From Paracoccaceae bacterium (lineage in GTDB: Bacteria > Pseudomonadota > Alphaproteobacteria > Rhodobacterales > Rhodobacteraceae), in the NCBI GenBank assembly GCA_048262715.1, contig JBLXEV010000002.1, positions 333,829-397,828 on the forward strand: DNA of 64,000 nt. The letters are read 5' to 3'. The notes under the pieces were generated by a model. That model was not told the DNA's origin and searched no databases. It worked only from the letters and a program-made list of their open reading frames with translations. A program made the position numbers and the translations under genes. This document shows, in pieces, positions 18,640-28,920 of this stretch (positions are counted from its first letter, which is position 1; each line of letters opens with the position of its first letter).

Positions 18640-19646
18640 ACCGATTTGCCTTTGAAGAGGCCCGTGGGCTTGAACAAAAGCACGATCACGAGGATCGCGA
18701 AGCTGACGCCGAATTTATACTCGGTCGAGATCAGCTGCAGCAGACCATCGGGCGCGAGGCTGGCGGGGACGAGATAGGTCACCACCTTTTTCCACGCATA
18801 GGTCACCGCCACCTCGGAGAAGGAAACGATAAACCCGCCCGCAATCGCGCCCAGCGGATTGCCGAGGCCGCCGACGATGGCAGCGGCAAACATCGGCAGG
18901 AGAAGCTCGAAATAGTTGAACGCTTTGAACGTTTTATCGAGGCCATAAAGGGTGCCTGCGATGGTCGCCAAGGCGGCGGCGATGATCCATGTGATCCGCA
19001 CCACGCGCTCGGGGTCGATGCCTGAAAGCAGCGCCAGATCCTCATTATCGGAAAACGCGCGCATGGATTTCCCCGTGCGGGTCTTGTTGAGGAAATGGAA
19101 CAGCGCCCAGACCACAAGGCCGGAGGTGACCAGCGTGATAACTTGCGTCGTGCGCAGCGAGAGACCTTCATCCAGCCCCGTCCACGCTTTGAAATCGCGC
19201 ACCGAGATCAAGAACCGCTCGCCATCCGCGAAGTTGATTTCTTCCACGCCGATCACAAACCGCGTCAGCGCGTTCATGATGAACATCACCCCGACCGAGA
19301 CCATCACCAGCACCACAGGGGCTGCTTTTTGTTTGCGGTAGAAGCGGTAGACGGCGCGATCCGTGGCCAGCACGAAAATCGCCGTCAGCGTGATCGAGAA
19401 CGGCAGCGCGAGAAGGGCGGTTGGCAGGAAGCCGAAACTGATGCCCATCGCCTGCAGCCCCCAAGTGACGAGGATCGTCATCGCGGTGCCGAAGGCCATC
19501 GTGTCGCCATGGGCGAAGTTGGAGAAGCGCAGGATCCCGTAGATCAGCGTCACCCCGAGCGCCCCGAGCGCAAGCTGCGCGCCGTAAGCGGTGGCGGGGA
19601 TCACCACATAGTTGAGAAGCGCGACAAGCGCGTTGAGCAGATCCAT
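18636..19646 (-). CDS. Branched-chain amino acid-type ABC transporter permease (LivH-like)
   Basis: 336-aa polytopic membrane protein of the LivH family. Confidence 0.85.
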   Translation of the reverse strand: MDLLNALVALLNYVVIPATAYGAQLALGALGVTLIYGILRFSNFAHGDTMAFGTAMTILVTWGLQAMGISFGFLPTALLALPFSITLTAIFVLATDRAVYRFYRKQKAAPVVLVMVSVGVMFIMNALTRFVIGVEEINFADGERFLISVRDFKAWTGLDEGLSLRTTQVITLVTSGLVVWALFHFLNKTRTGKSMRAFSDNEDLALLSGIDPERVVRITWIIAAALATIAGTLYGLDKTFKAFNYFELLLPMFAAAIVGGLGNPLGAIAGGFIVSFSEVAVTYAWKKVVTYLVPASLAPDGLLQLISTEYKFGVSFAILVIVLLFKPTGLFKGKSV

Positions 19647-19649
19647 CTC

Positions 19650-20354
19650 TTAGCCCCCCAAGAACGTGCGGCGGACATCCGGATCGGCCATCAGCGCCGC
19701 GCCCGTGTCGGTGTATTTATTCGCGCCTTGCACCAGCACATAGCCGGTATCCGCGATTTCAAGCGCTTGGCGGGCGTTTTGTTCCACCATCAGGATCGAG
19801 ATTCCGGTGCGGGCGACTTCGATGATCCGGTCGAACAGCTCGTCCATCACAATCGGCGAGACGCCTGCGGTCGGCTCGTCCAGCATCAACAGCTTCGGCT
19901 GGGTCATCAGCGCGCGGCCCACAGCGACCTGTTGCCGCTGGCCGCCCGAAAGCTCGCCCGCGTTTTGATCGCGTTTGTCTTTCAGGATCGGGAACAGATC
20001 ATAGACCTGCTCCATCGTCGCGCGGAAATCATCCTTGCGGATGAAGGCCCCCATTTCGAGGTTTTCTTCCACTGTCATCGTCGGGAAGACGTTATCGGTC
20101 TGCGGCACGAAACCCATGCCTTTTTTCACACGGTCCTCGGGCGAGAGCGCGGTGATATCCTCACCATCCAGCTTCACATAGCCGCCTCGCAGGTTCAGCA
20201 TGCCGAAAACGGCCTTCATCGCAGTGGATTTGCCCGCGCCATTCGGGCCGACGATCACAGCGATTTTGCCTTTCTCGACAGAAAGGTTGCAGCCGTGCAG
20301 AATATTGGTGGGGCCATAGCCGCCCGTCATATTCGAGGCATCAAGATAGCTCAT
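19650..20354 (-). CDS. ABC transporter ATP-binding protein (LivF-like)
   Basis: Has Walker A GPNGAGKST, signature LSGGQRQ and Walker B LLMLDEP. Confidence 0.9.
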   Translation of the reverse strand: MSYLDASNMTGGYGPTNILHGCNLSVEKGKIAVIVGPNGAGKSTAMKAVFGMLNLRGGYVKLDGEDITALSPEDRVKKGMGFVPQTDNVFPTMTVEENLEMGAFIRKDDFRATMEQVYDLFPILKDKRDQNAGELSGGQRQQVAVGRALMTQPKLLMLDEPTAGVSPIVMDELFDRIIEVARTGISILMVEQNARQALEIADTGYVLVQGANKYTDTGAALMADPDVRRTFLGG

Positions 20355-20406
20355 GCTGTGCCTCCAGTTACGCCCGTAAGGCGTTGATACAGTTGGGAAG
20401 AATGCA

Positions 20407-21189
20407 TCATACGCCCACCTTATCTTTATTCTTCAGGCCGCGGCCAAGATAGGCCTCGATTACGGCTTCATTCTGCATGATCGTATCGGGGTGGCCTTTG
20501 GCCAGCACCTTGCCCTCGGCCATCACGATGACCGGATCACACAGCCGACCGATGAAATCCATATCATGCTCGATCACGCAGAACGTATAGCCGCGCTCTT
20601 TGTTCAAACGCACAATGGCATCGCCAATCGTGTTGAGCAGCGTGCGGTTCACGCCCGCGCCGACCTCATCGAGAAACACGATCTTCGCATCCACCATCAT
20701 CGTGCGGCCCAGCTCCAAGAGCTTCTTCTGGCCACCCGAGAGATTGCCTGCCTTCTCATCGCGCAGGTGCGAAATCGTCAAGAAATCAAGAACTTCATCG
20801 GCTTTCTTGAGAAGGGTAGCCTCCTCCTGCGCGATTTTGGCGCGCATCACCCATGTTTTCCAAAGGCTCTCACCGGTTTGACCTGCGGGCACCATCATCA
20901 GGTTCTCGCGCACGGTCATGGAGGAGAATTCATGCGCGATCTGGAAGGTGCGCAGCAGCCCTTTATGGAATAACTCATGCGGCGGCAGGCCCGTAATATC
21001 CTCGCCATCCATAAACACGCGACCGGAGGTCGGTTCATGAACCCCGGCGATCACGTTGAAAAGCGTAGATTTTCCGGCGCCGTTCGGGCCGACAAGTCCG
21101 GTAATCGTGCCGGTGCCAATCTCAATACTGGCCCCGGCAACGGCGCTGAAACCGCCGAATTTTTTATGCAGGTTCTCGACCCTGATCAT
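20407..21189 (-). CDS. ABC transporter ATP-binding protein (LivG-like)
   Basis: Has Walker A GPNGAGKST, signature LSGGQKK and Walker B IVFLDEV. Confidence 0.9.
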   Translation of the reverse strand: MIRVENLHKKFGGFSAVAGASIEIGTGTITGLVGPNGAGKSTLFNVIAGVHEPTSGRVFMDGEDITGLPPHELFHKGLLRTFQIAHEFSSMTVRENLMMVPAGQTGESLWKTWVMRAKIAQEEATLLKKADEVLDFLTISHLRDEKAGNLSGGQKKLLELGRTMMVDAKIVFLDEVGAGVNRTLLNTIGDAIVRLNKERGYTFCVIEHDMDFIGRLCDPVIVMAEGKVLAKGHPDTIMQNEAVIEAYLGRGLKNKDKVGV

Positions 21190-21267
21190 CTGCCTTTATC
21201 CCTTGTAAGGCCCCAGTCTCTTCATGTGTTTCCTGAAGAATGCCACTTAGCGGCTTTTAAAAACTGG

Positions 21268-21299
21268 AAAAAAAGCAGCCCGGATTGCTCCGGGCTGCC
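21268..21299 (-). terminator. Intrinsic terminator between the SBP gene and the ATPase genes of the same transporter locus
   Basis: The reverse strand reads GGCAGCCCGGAGCAATCCGGGCTGC followed by TTTTTTT, immediately after the SBP stop. Confidence 0.75.
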
Positions 21300-21315
21300 A
21301 AAGAAACGCTAAGAG

Positions 21316-22497
21316 TTAGCGATATTTAACGGTTTCGATTTTGCCGTCTTTGATTTCGATTTCGCGGAAGGTGCCCGAGCTTTCACCGTTGCCGATGAGT
21401 TCAACCGAGGACGCGCCTTGATAATCGATATCTTTGCCTTCTTTGATCAGCTCAAGCGCTTTGCCCAGCTCACCTGCCATGATCGGCTCGCCCGGAGCGT
21501 TGGCGATCTCCATGATCTTGGTTTTGTAGGTTTGCGGATCGGTGGACCCTGCGGCCTGCATCGCGAGCAGCATCAGCGCCGCCGCATCATAGGATTCCGA
21601 CGAATAGACCGTCGAGCCGTCGAAGCCTGCGGCTTTTGCCAGTTCGATGAACTTCTCTTTGCCTTCGCCTTCCGAGGAGGGCATCTGGCCGAACGAGCCT
21701 TCGATATCTGCGCCGAAGTTATCTTCCAGCGATTGGCCAACCATGCCATCGGGGAAGACGAAGGTTTCAAACGCGCCGGAATCGATTGCGCCGCGCAAGA
21801 TGCCCGCGCCGCCTTGGTCAACATAGCCCGCGATCACCAGCGCATCGCCGCCAGCCGAGGCCAGAGCGCCGACCTCTGCCGAGTAATCCGCTTTGCCATC
21901 ATCATGCGCCGCATTGATCGTAACTTTACCGCCAGCGACCTCATAGGCAGCCGCGAAGCTATCCGCGAGGCCTTTGCCGTAATCGTTGTTGGTATAGGTG
22001 AGCGCGACCGATTTGATGCCATGCTCCATCAGAATCTCAGTCATCACAACGCCTTGGCGGGCATCGGAGGGCGAGGTGCGGAAGAACAGACCATCATCGG
22101 GCAGATCCGAAAGCGCGGGCGAAGTGGCCGAGGGCGAGATCATCACCATGCCATTGGGCATCGCAACGTTTTGGAGCGAGGCAGTGGCCTCACCCGAACA
22201 CATGCCGCCGACGATGCCTTTGACCTTATCAGCGGTGATCAGCTTCTCGACGCCTGCGGTCGCGGCAGCCGCGTCAACGCAGGTGGAATCCGAGCGCACC
22301 GGAACGATCGTCGTGCCATCCAGCAGCAGGCCCGAATCCGAGACCTCTTTCATCGCCAGCTCAGCGCCCGCCGCCATCGTCGGCGACATCGATTCGAGCG
22401 GCCCTGTGAAGCCGAGCGAGATCCCCATTTTGATCTCTTCAGCCTGTGCCATTCCGGCCATCATCACAGCAGTCGTCGCAAGAAGCAGTTTTTTCAT
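21316..22497 (-). CDS. ABC transporter substrate-binding protein (Leu/Ile/Val-binding, type 1 PBP family)
   Basis: The ATG at 22497 gives MKKLLLATTAVMMAGMAQA, a signal peptide. GGGAGAG lies upstream. The body looks like the LivK/ANF-receptor family. Confidence 0.85.
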   Translation of the reverse strand: MKKLLLATTAVMMAGMAQAEEIKMGISLGFTGPLESMSPTMAAGAELAMKEVSDSGLLLDGTTIVPVRSDSTCVDAAAATAGVEKLITADKVKGIVGGMCSGEATASLQNVAMPNGMVMISPSATSPALSDLPDDGLFFRTSPSDARQGVVMTEILMEHGIKSVALTYTNNDYGKGLADSFAAAYEVAGGKVTINAAHDDGKADYSAEVGALASAGGDALVIAGYVDQGGAGILRGAIDSGAFETFVFPDGMVGQSLEDNFGADIEGSFGQMPSSEGEGKEKFIELAKAAGFDGSTVYSSESYDAAALMLLAMQAAGSTDPQTYKTKIMEIANAPGEPIMAGELGKALELIKEGKDIDYQGASSVELIGNGESSGTFREIEIKDGKIETVKYR

Positions 22498-22675
22498 AAT
22501 ACTCTCCCAAGGTTTGGAACTTCGTCCTGTTGCCACGCTAAAGGGCGCGTGGAGAAAAAGAAAGCCATCCGAATTGATACAAGGAGGCGAGGTGACGTGG
22601 GGTTATTTTGCGAAACCTGTGCGCGGCTCAAACGGCCCACAGCCAAGCGGCATATCCTGCCCCAAAGCGCCGAGG

Positions 22676-23905
22676 TTAATCCTCGTCATCCTCTTCAAAC
22701 GCGCCAAACTCCTCGTCGAACCCGTCGCCGAACTCATCTGTTCCAAGCGGTGCTGGCTCTTCGAGGGGCGGCCCTTCGACAGTGAGATTGTCAAACGATC
22801 CCGGCTCAATGGCAGGGGCCTCGCTCCAATCGCCGGCATCTAACGCCTCGCCCAAAAACGCTTCGCCCTCGGGCACACCCGCTCCGCCATCTGGGCCACC
22901 GCCATGGGTGCCGCGCTCACGATAGGGGGTGGTTTGGTAATGCGCGCGGTAGCATTTGGAAAAATGCGACGGCGAGGCAAAGCCGCAGGCGAGCGCCACG
23001 TTGATCACGGACATTTCTGTTTGCATCAAGAGGTTACGCGCCTTTTGTAGCCGCACCTCCATGTAATACCGTTTCGGGCTGCGGTTCAGATAACGCCGGA
23101 ACAGCCGCTCCAACTGGCGGGTCGACATGCCGACCTCTTCGGCCAGAAGAGAGGGGCTGATTGGCTCTTCCAGATTGGCCTCCATCCGGCCAATCACTTG
23201 CGCAAGCTTGGGATGGCGCACACCGATCCGTGTCGGGATCGACAGACGCTGGCTATCCTTATCTGACCGGATCGAATTGTAGATCAATTGATCGGCCACG
23301 GTGGAGGCGAGCTGATCGCCTTGCTGATGCGCGATCAGTTTGAGCATCAGGTCAATCGACGCGGTTCCACCTGCCGTGCTCATCCGGTTTCCGTCAATCA
23401 CGAAAACCGATTTTGTCAGGTCAACCTCTTCAAATTCCTCGGAAAAGCTATCCTGATTCTCCCAGTGAATCGTCGCGCGCTTGCCATCCAGCAGGCCCGC
23501 TTTTGCAACCGCCCAAGCCCCCGTGCACAGGCCAGCCACCCCCGCACCACGGCGGGCCTCGCGCCGCAACCAGTTCAGAATCGGCTTTGTCGTCGCCTCA
23601 GCCACGTCGACCCCGCCGCAGACCATAACCGTGTCATCGCGCGAGATCTCCTCCAGCGCCATATCCAACCCGATCCGTGCACCATTGGAGCACCGCGCCT
23701 CACGGCCACCTTCACCCGCCAGAACCCACGAATACAGCGCGCGCCCCGCAACGCGGTTGGCAAGCCGCAACGGCTCCACCGCGCCCGCAAAGGACATCAT
23801 CGTAAAGCGATCCAGCAGCAAAAACACGAAGCGGCGCGGCTTTGCATCCGGCAGCGCGATACGTGTGGCGCGCTGGGGGGCGCTGGAGATCTTAAGTGGT
23901 GACAT
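22676..23905 (-). CDS. GlxA-family transcriptional regulator (DJ-1/PfpI-like domain + AraC HTH) with acidic C-terminal tail
   Basis: The N-terminal GATase1-like domain (FVFLLLDRFTMMSFAGAVEPLRLAN) is followed by an AraC HTH (ALACGFASPSHFSKCYRAHY). About 75 further residues are rich in D/E/G/P and end in FEEDDED. Confidence 0.85.
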   Translation of the reverse strand: MSPLKISSAPQRATRIALPDAKPRRFVFLLLDRFTMMSFAGAVEPLRLANRVAGRALYSWVLAGEGGREARCSNGARIGLDMALEEISRDDTVMVCGGVDVAEATTKPILNWLRREARRGAGVAGLCTGAWAVAKAGLLDGKRATIHWENQDSFSEEFEEVDLTKSVFVIDGNRMSTAGGTASIDLMLKLIAHQQGDQLASTVADQLIYNSIRSDKDSQRLSIPTRIGVRHPKLAQVIGRMEANLEEPISPSLLAEEVGMSTRQLERLFRRYLNRSPKRYYMEVRLQKARNLLMQTEMSVINVALACGFASPSHFSKCYRAHYQTTPYRERGTHGGGPDGGAGVPEGEAFLGEALDAGDWSEAPAIEPGSFDNLTVEGPPLEEPAPLGTDEFGDGFDEEFGAFEEDDED

Positions 23906-24263
23906 TTGCGACCTGTTTCATGTCGGATTTATCGAGATAATCGGGGAATATTGGGGGACGCAAGGGGAATTGGTTTACGTGTAAATTTGGCGCGCCATGC
24001 ACCTGTCCTGATTGAAAAAAACCGAGGCTTCTCCATCGTCAACCGATGGTAGTTGCGCGCGGAGGTTCCCCAAAACTTGGGCAAACTCAAACAAAACGGC
24101 CGAATCGACCGCAAAACACGTAGCTTACGCCGGATCACCGCATGGCAAAGCGGACGGTTTCTTTCCTTGGCCTGTCCCGCATGCGAAAGAAGCATTTGTA
24201 AGCGCTAACAGCCGCGTCTATAGGTAAACGCGAAATTTTACGCGATAACCTCTGGAGGCGAAA

Positions 24264-25628
24264 ATGGGATGGACTAAATCTGACTGGCGCGCAAAACCGC
24301 GGGTGCAGATGCCCGATTATCCCGATCAGGGGGCATTGAGCGGCGTTGAGGCACAGCTGGGCAAAATGCCACCGCTGGTTTTTGCAGGTGAAGCGCGGCG
24401 CTTGAAAGCGCAGCTCGCCGAAGCGGGCGCAGGCCGCGCCTTCTTGTTGCAAGGCGGCGATTGCGCTGAGAGCTTCGCGGAATTCTCCGCTGATAACATC
24501 CGTGACACGTTCAAAGTGATGTTGCAGATGGCGATCGTGCTGACATGGGGCGCGAAGGTTCCCGTCATCAAAGTGGGCCGGATGGCAGGGCAGTTCGCCA
24601 AGCCGCGCTCCGCCCCGACGGAGATGATTGGCGGCGTGGAATACCCGAGCTACCGCGGCGATATCATCAACGGCTTTGATGCCACGATGGAAGCGCGTCT
24701 GCCCGATCCGAGCCGGATGCTGCAGGCCTACACGCAGGCTGCGGCCTCGCTCAACCTGCTGCGCGCCTTCTCGACTGGCGGCTATGCCGATATTCACCGC
24801 GTGCAATCCTGGATCTCCGGCTTTGCAGAAGAGCCCGCTGCCGCGCGCTATAAAGACATCGCGCAACGCATTGAAGATGCACTCGATTTCATGTCCGCTG
24901 CAGGGGTGACCTCGGCCACGGCGCATGAATTGGCGCAGGTTGATTTCTACACGTCGCATGAATCATTGCTGCTCGAATATGAAGAGGCGCTGTGCCGGAT
25001 CGACTCGACTTCAGGTCTTCCGGTCGCGGGTTCGGGCCATATGCTGTGGATCGGTGACCGCACGCGGCAGCCGGACGGCGCGCATGTCGAATTCTGCTCG
25101 GGCGTACAAAACCCGATTGGTCTCAAATGCGGCCCGACAACCACGGCGGAAGATCTCAAAGTGCTGATGTCGAAACTGAACCCCGCCAATGAGGCGGGCC
25201 GTTTGACGCTGATCGCACGGTTCGGCGCGGGCAAGGTGGGGGATCACCTGCCACGCCTCGTTGAGACGGTGAAGGCTGAAGGCGCGAATGTTGTTTGGTC
25301 CTGCGATGCGATGCATGGCAACACGATCAAATCGGCGTCCGGCTACAAAACGCGGCCCTTCGATCAGGTCTTGCAAGAGGTGCGCGAGTTCTTCGCCGTG
25401 CACCGCGAGCAAAACACCATCCCGGGCGGTGTGCATTTCGAGATGACCGGCAAGGACGTGACCGAATGCACAGGCGGCGTGCGCGCCGTGACCGACGAGG
25501 ATCTCTCGGATCGTTACCATACCGCTTGCGATCCGCGCCTGAACGCCTCGCAATCGCTGGAGCTGGCCTTCCTCGTCGCGGAAGAGTTGACGACATTGCG
25601 CAAAGAGCGCCGCACTGTCGCGATCTGA
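24264..25628 (+). CDS. Class II 3-deoxy-7-phosphoheptulonate (DAHP) synthase
   Basis: 454 aa. [25 protein letters not shown] and KPRS are motifs I recall from class II (plant-like) DAHP synthases. Confidence 0.92.
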   Translation: MGWTKSDWRAKPRVQMPDYPDQGALSGVEAQLGKMPPLVFAGEARRLKAQLAEAGAGRAFLLQGGDCAESFAEFSADNIRDTFKVMLQMAIVLTWGAKVPVIKVGRMAGQFAKPRSAPTEMIGGVEYPSYRGDIINGFDATMEARLPDPSRMLQAYTQAAASLNLLRAFSTGGYADIHRVQSWISGFAEEPAAARYKDIAQRIEDALDFMSAAGVTSATAHELAQVDFYTSHESLLLEYEEALCRIDSTSGLPVAGSGHMLWIGDRTRQPDGAHVEFCSGVQNPIGLKCGPTTTAEDLKVLMSKLNPANEAGRLTLIARFGAGKVGDHLPRLVETVKAEGANVVWSCDAMHGNTIKSASGYKTRPFDQVLQEVREFFAVHREQNTIPGGVHFEMTGKDVTECTGGVRAVTDEDLSDRYHTACDPRLNASQSLELAFLVAEELTTLRKERRTVAI

Positions 25629-25675
25629 TCCGGTACCTCATGTGATACATGAGGAATGACCTATAATGCATTGAA

Positions 25676-25701
25676 AAGGGCGCCGTATTTCGGCGCCCTT
25701 T
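25676..25701. terminator. Hairpin AAGGGCGCCG-TATTT-CGGCGCCCTT with flanking A/T runs
   Basis: Lies between convergent genes (DAHP synthase and the PAS protein) and is preceded by a second hairpin, CCTCATGT-GAT-ACATGAGG, at 25636-25654. Confidence 0.7.
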
Positions 25702-25740
25702 ATCTATTCGTCTGTGCCTAACTGCGATGACGGCCCGTTA

Positions 25741-26562
25741 TCACGTCGGCACAATCCGCATCATTGCGCGGCGTTCTTCCGGTGTCAGAGGCGCTGCCTT
25801 TTGTGGTGCCGTTTGTGATGCCGATTGAAGATCCAGCTCTTTGAAATCGGGCCGTGACGGCGCCTGAAGGCGCGGTTGTGGGTGGGGAGAATCCGCTGTT
25901 TTCGAGGCTTGCGCAATAACCGGCGTGACGGGTTCCGGCAGGGAGCACGGCACTGGCGCGCCCGCGACCACGGGTGAGAGAGAGACGGCCGTCACCTCAA
26001 ACCGGCGCGGCGTGCGGCCAATTTGCCCTTCGGCGATCAGACAGCCAAGCGCGCGGTTCACATCCCCCAGATCGGATTTCAGCGGCAGCAGGATCAGCCT
26101 CGCGCTCATCGGTGGTTTACCCATTCCGGTTTCCGCCTGAAGCACCATTTCCACCACATTCGGCCCGTTGAAACAGGCCTCCAGCGCCTCGGCCACCGTC
26201 TTGCGGCCAATGGGCGCGAAGAGGGCAGTCAGGGGCATGCCGCGCACCTCCATCCCCATCAGATCGTTGAGATGCATCCCCGCGATCCGCAGCCGCGCCA
26301 TGCCCGGTGCGATCCGCTCGATGATGAAGGCATATTCGAGGGCGGTCTCGATCCCGCGCGGATCAATCTCCGAGCGCATCGGCACATCACGCCCCTTGCG
26401 CAGCGCTTCCCAATAGGCGCGCAACGCGGCGCTGATCCGCACACCATGCGCTTTCTCAAACCCTGCCATAGAGATGACCGTCTCCGGCCTGTCCTGATCC
26501 CGTTCCATTTGCGTCCGTTCCCAAAGTGCCCAACTTGCGCTGGACTGAACTCGTTCCGGCAT
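25741..26562 (-). CDS. PAS-domain protein (alphaproteobacterial PAS_5-like) with Pro/Ala-rich C-terminal extension
   Basis: LRAYWEALRKGRDVPMRSEIDPRGIE...FIIERIAPGMARLRIAG resembles the PAS_5 family as I recall it. The start is uncertain and ATGs at 26508 or 26469 are possible. Confidence 0.65.
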   Translation of the reverse strand: MPERVQSSASWALWERTQMERDQDRPETVISMAGFEKAHGVRISAALRAYWEALRKGRDVPMRSEIDPRGIETALEYAFIIERIAPGMARLRIAGMHLNDLMGMEVRGMPLTALFAPIGRKTVAEALEACFNGPNVVEMVLQAETGMGKPPMSARLILLPLKSDLGDVNRALGCLIAEGQIGRTPRRFEVTAVSLSPVVAGAPVPCSLPEPVTPVIAQASKTADSPHPQPRLQAPSRPDFKELDLQSASQTAPQKAAPLTPEERRAMMRIVPT

Positions 26563-26779
26563 CGCCTACACCCAACGCCTCAACCGCCAACCGATCCGGA
26601 CAGATGCTGTTCAGCGATCCTTCCGGCCTTCACAGCCTCTCAGGGCGGCGGGCTGGTGGTGGTGGCGCGGGGCGGTATATGTTAACCGATGCACTCAAAA
26701 CCTTACCTACTCATTAATATACGCGATTTTACGATCATTTCGCGGAGAAAACTCTTAAATGGTTAAGGAGATCAGGAGA

Positions 26780-27682
26780 ATGCAGGTCACCTCAATGACA
26801 GGGTTCGCCTCCGTGCGCGGCGAAGCGCAGGGCCATGAGTGGCTCTGGGAAGTGCGTTCGGTGAATGGCAAAACGCTGGATCTGCGGCTGCGCTTGCCAG
26901 AATGGATCGACGGGCTGGAACCTCTTGTTCGCAAAGCGGTTTCCGCCGTGGCGGCGCGGGGGAATATTTCCGTGTCGCTGCGGGTAAAACGCGGCGATCA
27001 GGGACAGGGGATCCGCGTCTCGGAACAGGGCTTGGCGGCGGCGATTTCTGCGCTGAAACAGGTTGAGACGGCCGCGATGCACTGCGGGCTGACGCTGACT
27101 CCTTTAACCAGTTCGGAGCTGCTAAACCTGCGCGGCGTGTTGGAAACCGGCCCGACCGAGGCCGAACCAACCGACGATTTGCGCGCAATTTTACACGACT
27201 CACTGGGCGAAGCGTTAACCGCCTTCGCCCAAATGCGCCGTGAGGAAGGTGCGCAAATGGCGCTCGTCCTGCAAGGGCAGATCGCGCAGATTGCCGATCT
27301 GGTGGAGCAAGCAGCATCGGCGGCGCAGGCGCGCAGCGCTGCAAGCGGGCAGGCGCTGGACGCCGCCTTGGCACGGGTGATCGGCGCGAGCGCTGGCGCG
27401 CAGATTGATCCGGACCGGATTGCACAGGAATTGGCGCTCCTAGCGGTGAAATCCGATATTACCGAGGAAATTGATCGCCTGCGCGCGCATATCACCGCCG
27501 CGCACGCGCTGCTGCAAAGCGCGGAGCCAATGGGCCGGAAGTTCGAATTCCTAATGCAGGAGTTTCTGCGCGAGGCAAATACGCTGTGTTCAAAATCCGG
27601 TTCCAGCGCATTGACCGCGATCGGGCTTGACCTCAAACATACGATCGACCAGATGCGCGAGCAGATCCTGAACGTGGAGTGA
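26780..27682 (+). CDS. YicC-family stress-induced protein
   Basis: AGGAGA precedes the ATG at 26780, giving MQVTSMTGFASVRG... The C-terminus has GRKFEFLMQEFLREANTLCSKS, typical of YicC. Confidence 0.88.
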   Translation: MQVTSMTGFASVRGEAQGHEWLWEVRSVNGKTLDLRLRLPEWIDGLEPLVRKAVSAVAARGNISVSLRVKRGDQGQGIRVSEQGLAAAISALKQVETAAMHCGLTLTPLTSSELLNLRGVLETGPTEAEPTDDLRAILHDSLGEALTAFAQMRREEGAQMALVLQGQIAQIADLVEQAASAAQARSAASGQALDAALARVIGASAGAQIDPDRIAQELALLAVKSDITEEIDRLRAHITAAHALLQSAEPMGRKFEFLMQEFLREANTLCSKSGSSALTAIGLDLKHTIDQMREQILNVE

Positions 27683-27685
27683 AGA

Positions 27686-28354
27686 ATGTCCAGCCAAGCC
27701 AACCCGATACAGCACCAGATCCAGCGGCGGGGCCTTCTGATTATCCTGTCTTCGCCCTCGGGTGCGGGGAAATCGACGCTGGCAAAGCGGCTGATGGCGT
27801 GGGATCCGACGCTGTCTTTCTCGGTCTCGGCAACCACCCGCAGCCCGCGGCCGGGCGAAGAGGATGGGCATGACTATTATTTCAAGACCAAGCCCGAGTT
27901 TGAGGCGATGGTGGCGGCGGGCGAGATGCTGGAACATGCGCAGGTCTTCGGCAATTTCTACGGCACGCCCAAAGCGCCCGTTGAGGCGGCAATGATGGCC
28001 GGGCGCGATACGCTGTTTGATATTGATTGGCAGGGCGGCCAGCAGATCGGGCGCTCGGCGCTTGGCAAGGATGTTGTCTCGATCTTCATCCTGCCACCCT
28101 CAATCGCCGAGTTGGAAACCCGTCTACGCGGCCGCGCGCAAGACAGCGAAGAGATTATCGCGGGCCGGATGGCGAAATCGCGTGACGAGATAAGCCATTG
28201 GGCCGAATATGATTATGTCGTGGTCAACCATGATATTGACGCGGCTGAGGCCCAAGTCCGGACGATTTTGGAGGCAGAGCGCGCCCGCGCCGACCGCCAG
28301 CCGGGCCTCAATGAATTTGTGCGCGGGTTGAACACGGAGTTTGAAGCAAGATGA
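27686..28354 (+). CDS. gmk: Guanylate kinase
   Basis: Has P-loop [10 protein letters not shown] and the guanylate kinase core ([19 protein letters not shown]). Confidence 0.93.
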   Translation: MSSQANPIQHQIQRRGLLIILSSPSGAGKSTLAKRLMAWDPTLSFSVSATTRSPRPGEEDGHDYYFKTKPEFEAMVAAGEMLEHAQVFGNFYGTPKAPVEAAMMAGRDTLFDIDWQGGQQIGRSALGKDVVSIFILPPSIAELETRLRGRAQDSEEIIAGRMAKSRDEISHWAEYDYVVVNHDIDAAEAQVRTILEAERARADRQPGLNEFVRGLNTEFEAR

Positions 28355-28869
28355 TCTATTCTTTGGACGGGATTGCGCCGCAGATCGGTGCGGGGGCTTG
28401 GGTGGCGCCGGATGCCAATCTGATCGGGCGCGTGGTGCTGGAGGCGGAGGCCTCGGTCTGGTTCGGCTGCACCCTGCGCGGCGATAATGAAGAGATCCGC
28501 GTCGGCCAAGGCTCCAATGTACAAGAAAACTGCGTGCTGCATACGGATATGGGCTTCCTGCTGGTGATCGGCGCAAATTGCACGATTGGCCATAAGGCGA
28601 TGCTGCATGGCTGCGTGATCGGGGAGGGATCGCTCATCGGGATGGGGGCGACGGTGCTCAACGGCGCGAAGATCGGGCGGGGCTGCCTGGTTGGGGCAGG
28701 GGCGTTGATTACCGAAGGCAAGGAGATCCCGGATTTCAGCCTCGTGATGGGCGCGCCCGGGAAAGTGGTGCGGGAATTGGATGAGGCTGCGCGCGCAAAA
28801 CTCCTCGCCTCCGCCGCAGGATACCGCGCCAATGCGGCACGCTTCGCGAAGGGGCTGGTGGCGCTTTAA
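28351..28869 (+). CDS. Gamma carbonic anhydrase-family / hexapeptide-repeat protein
   Basis: 172 aa with left-handed beta-helix hexapeptide repeats and the YrdA/PaaY-like pattern ([10 protein letters not shown]...HTD...GH.A.LHGC). It overlaps gmk by 4 nt. Confidence 0.85.
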   Translation: MIYSLDGIAPQIGAGAWVAPDANLIGRVVLEAEASVWFGCTLRGDNEEIRVGQGSNVQENCVLHTDMGFLLVIGANCTIGHKAMLHGCVIGEGSLIGMGATVLNGAKIGRGCLVGAGALITEGKEIPDFSLVMGAPGKVVRELDEAARAKLLASAAGYRANAARFAKGLVAL

Positions 28870-28920
28870 GCGCCACGGCTGCCGCGTGCGAGCACAGATC
28901 GCGGCCCGTTCCCGCCAAGC

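Noticed and set aside
25636-25654. Hairpin CCTCATGT-GAT-ACATGAGG, similar to CCTCATGTATTACATGA at 45466-45482 (and CCTCATGAC at about 5368)
   Set aside because: There are only two or three short, imperfect matches, all in 3' intergenic hairpins. This is too short to call a repeat family without a genome-wide count.
26690-26780. CtrA-box-like words (GTTAACC, TTAAATGGTTAA) upstream of yicC
   Set aside because: The spacing does not fit TTAA-N7-TTAA. Isolated TTAA words are expected by chance in an AT-rich promoter region.
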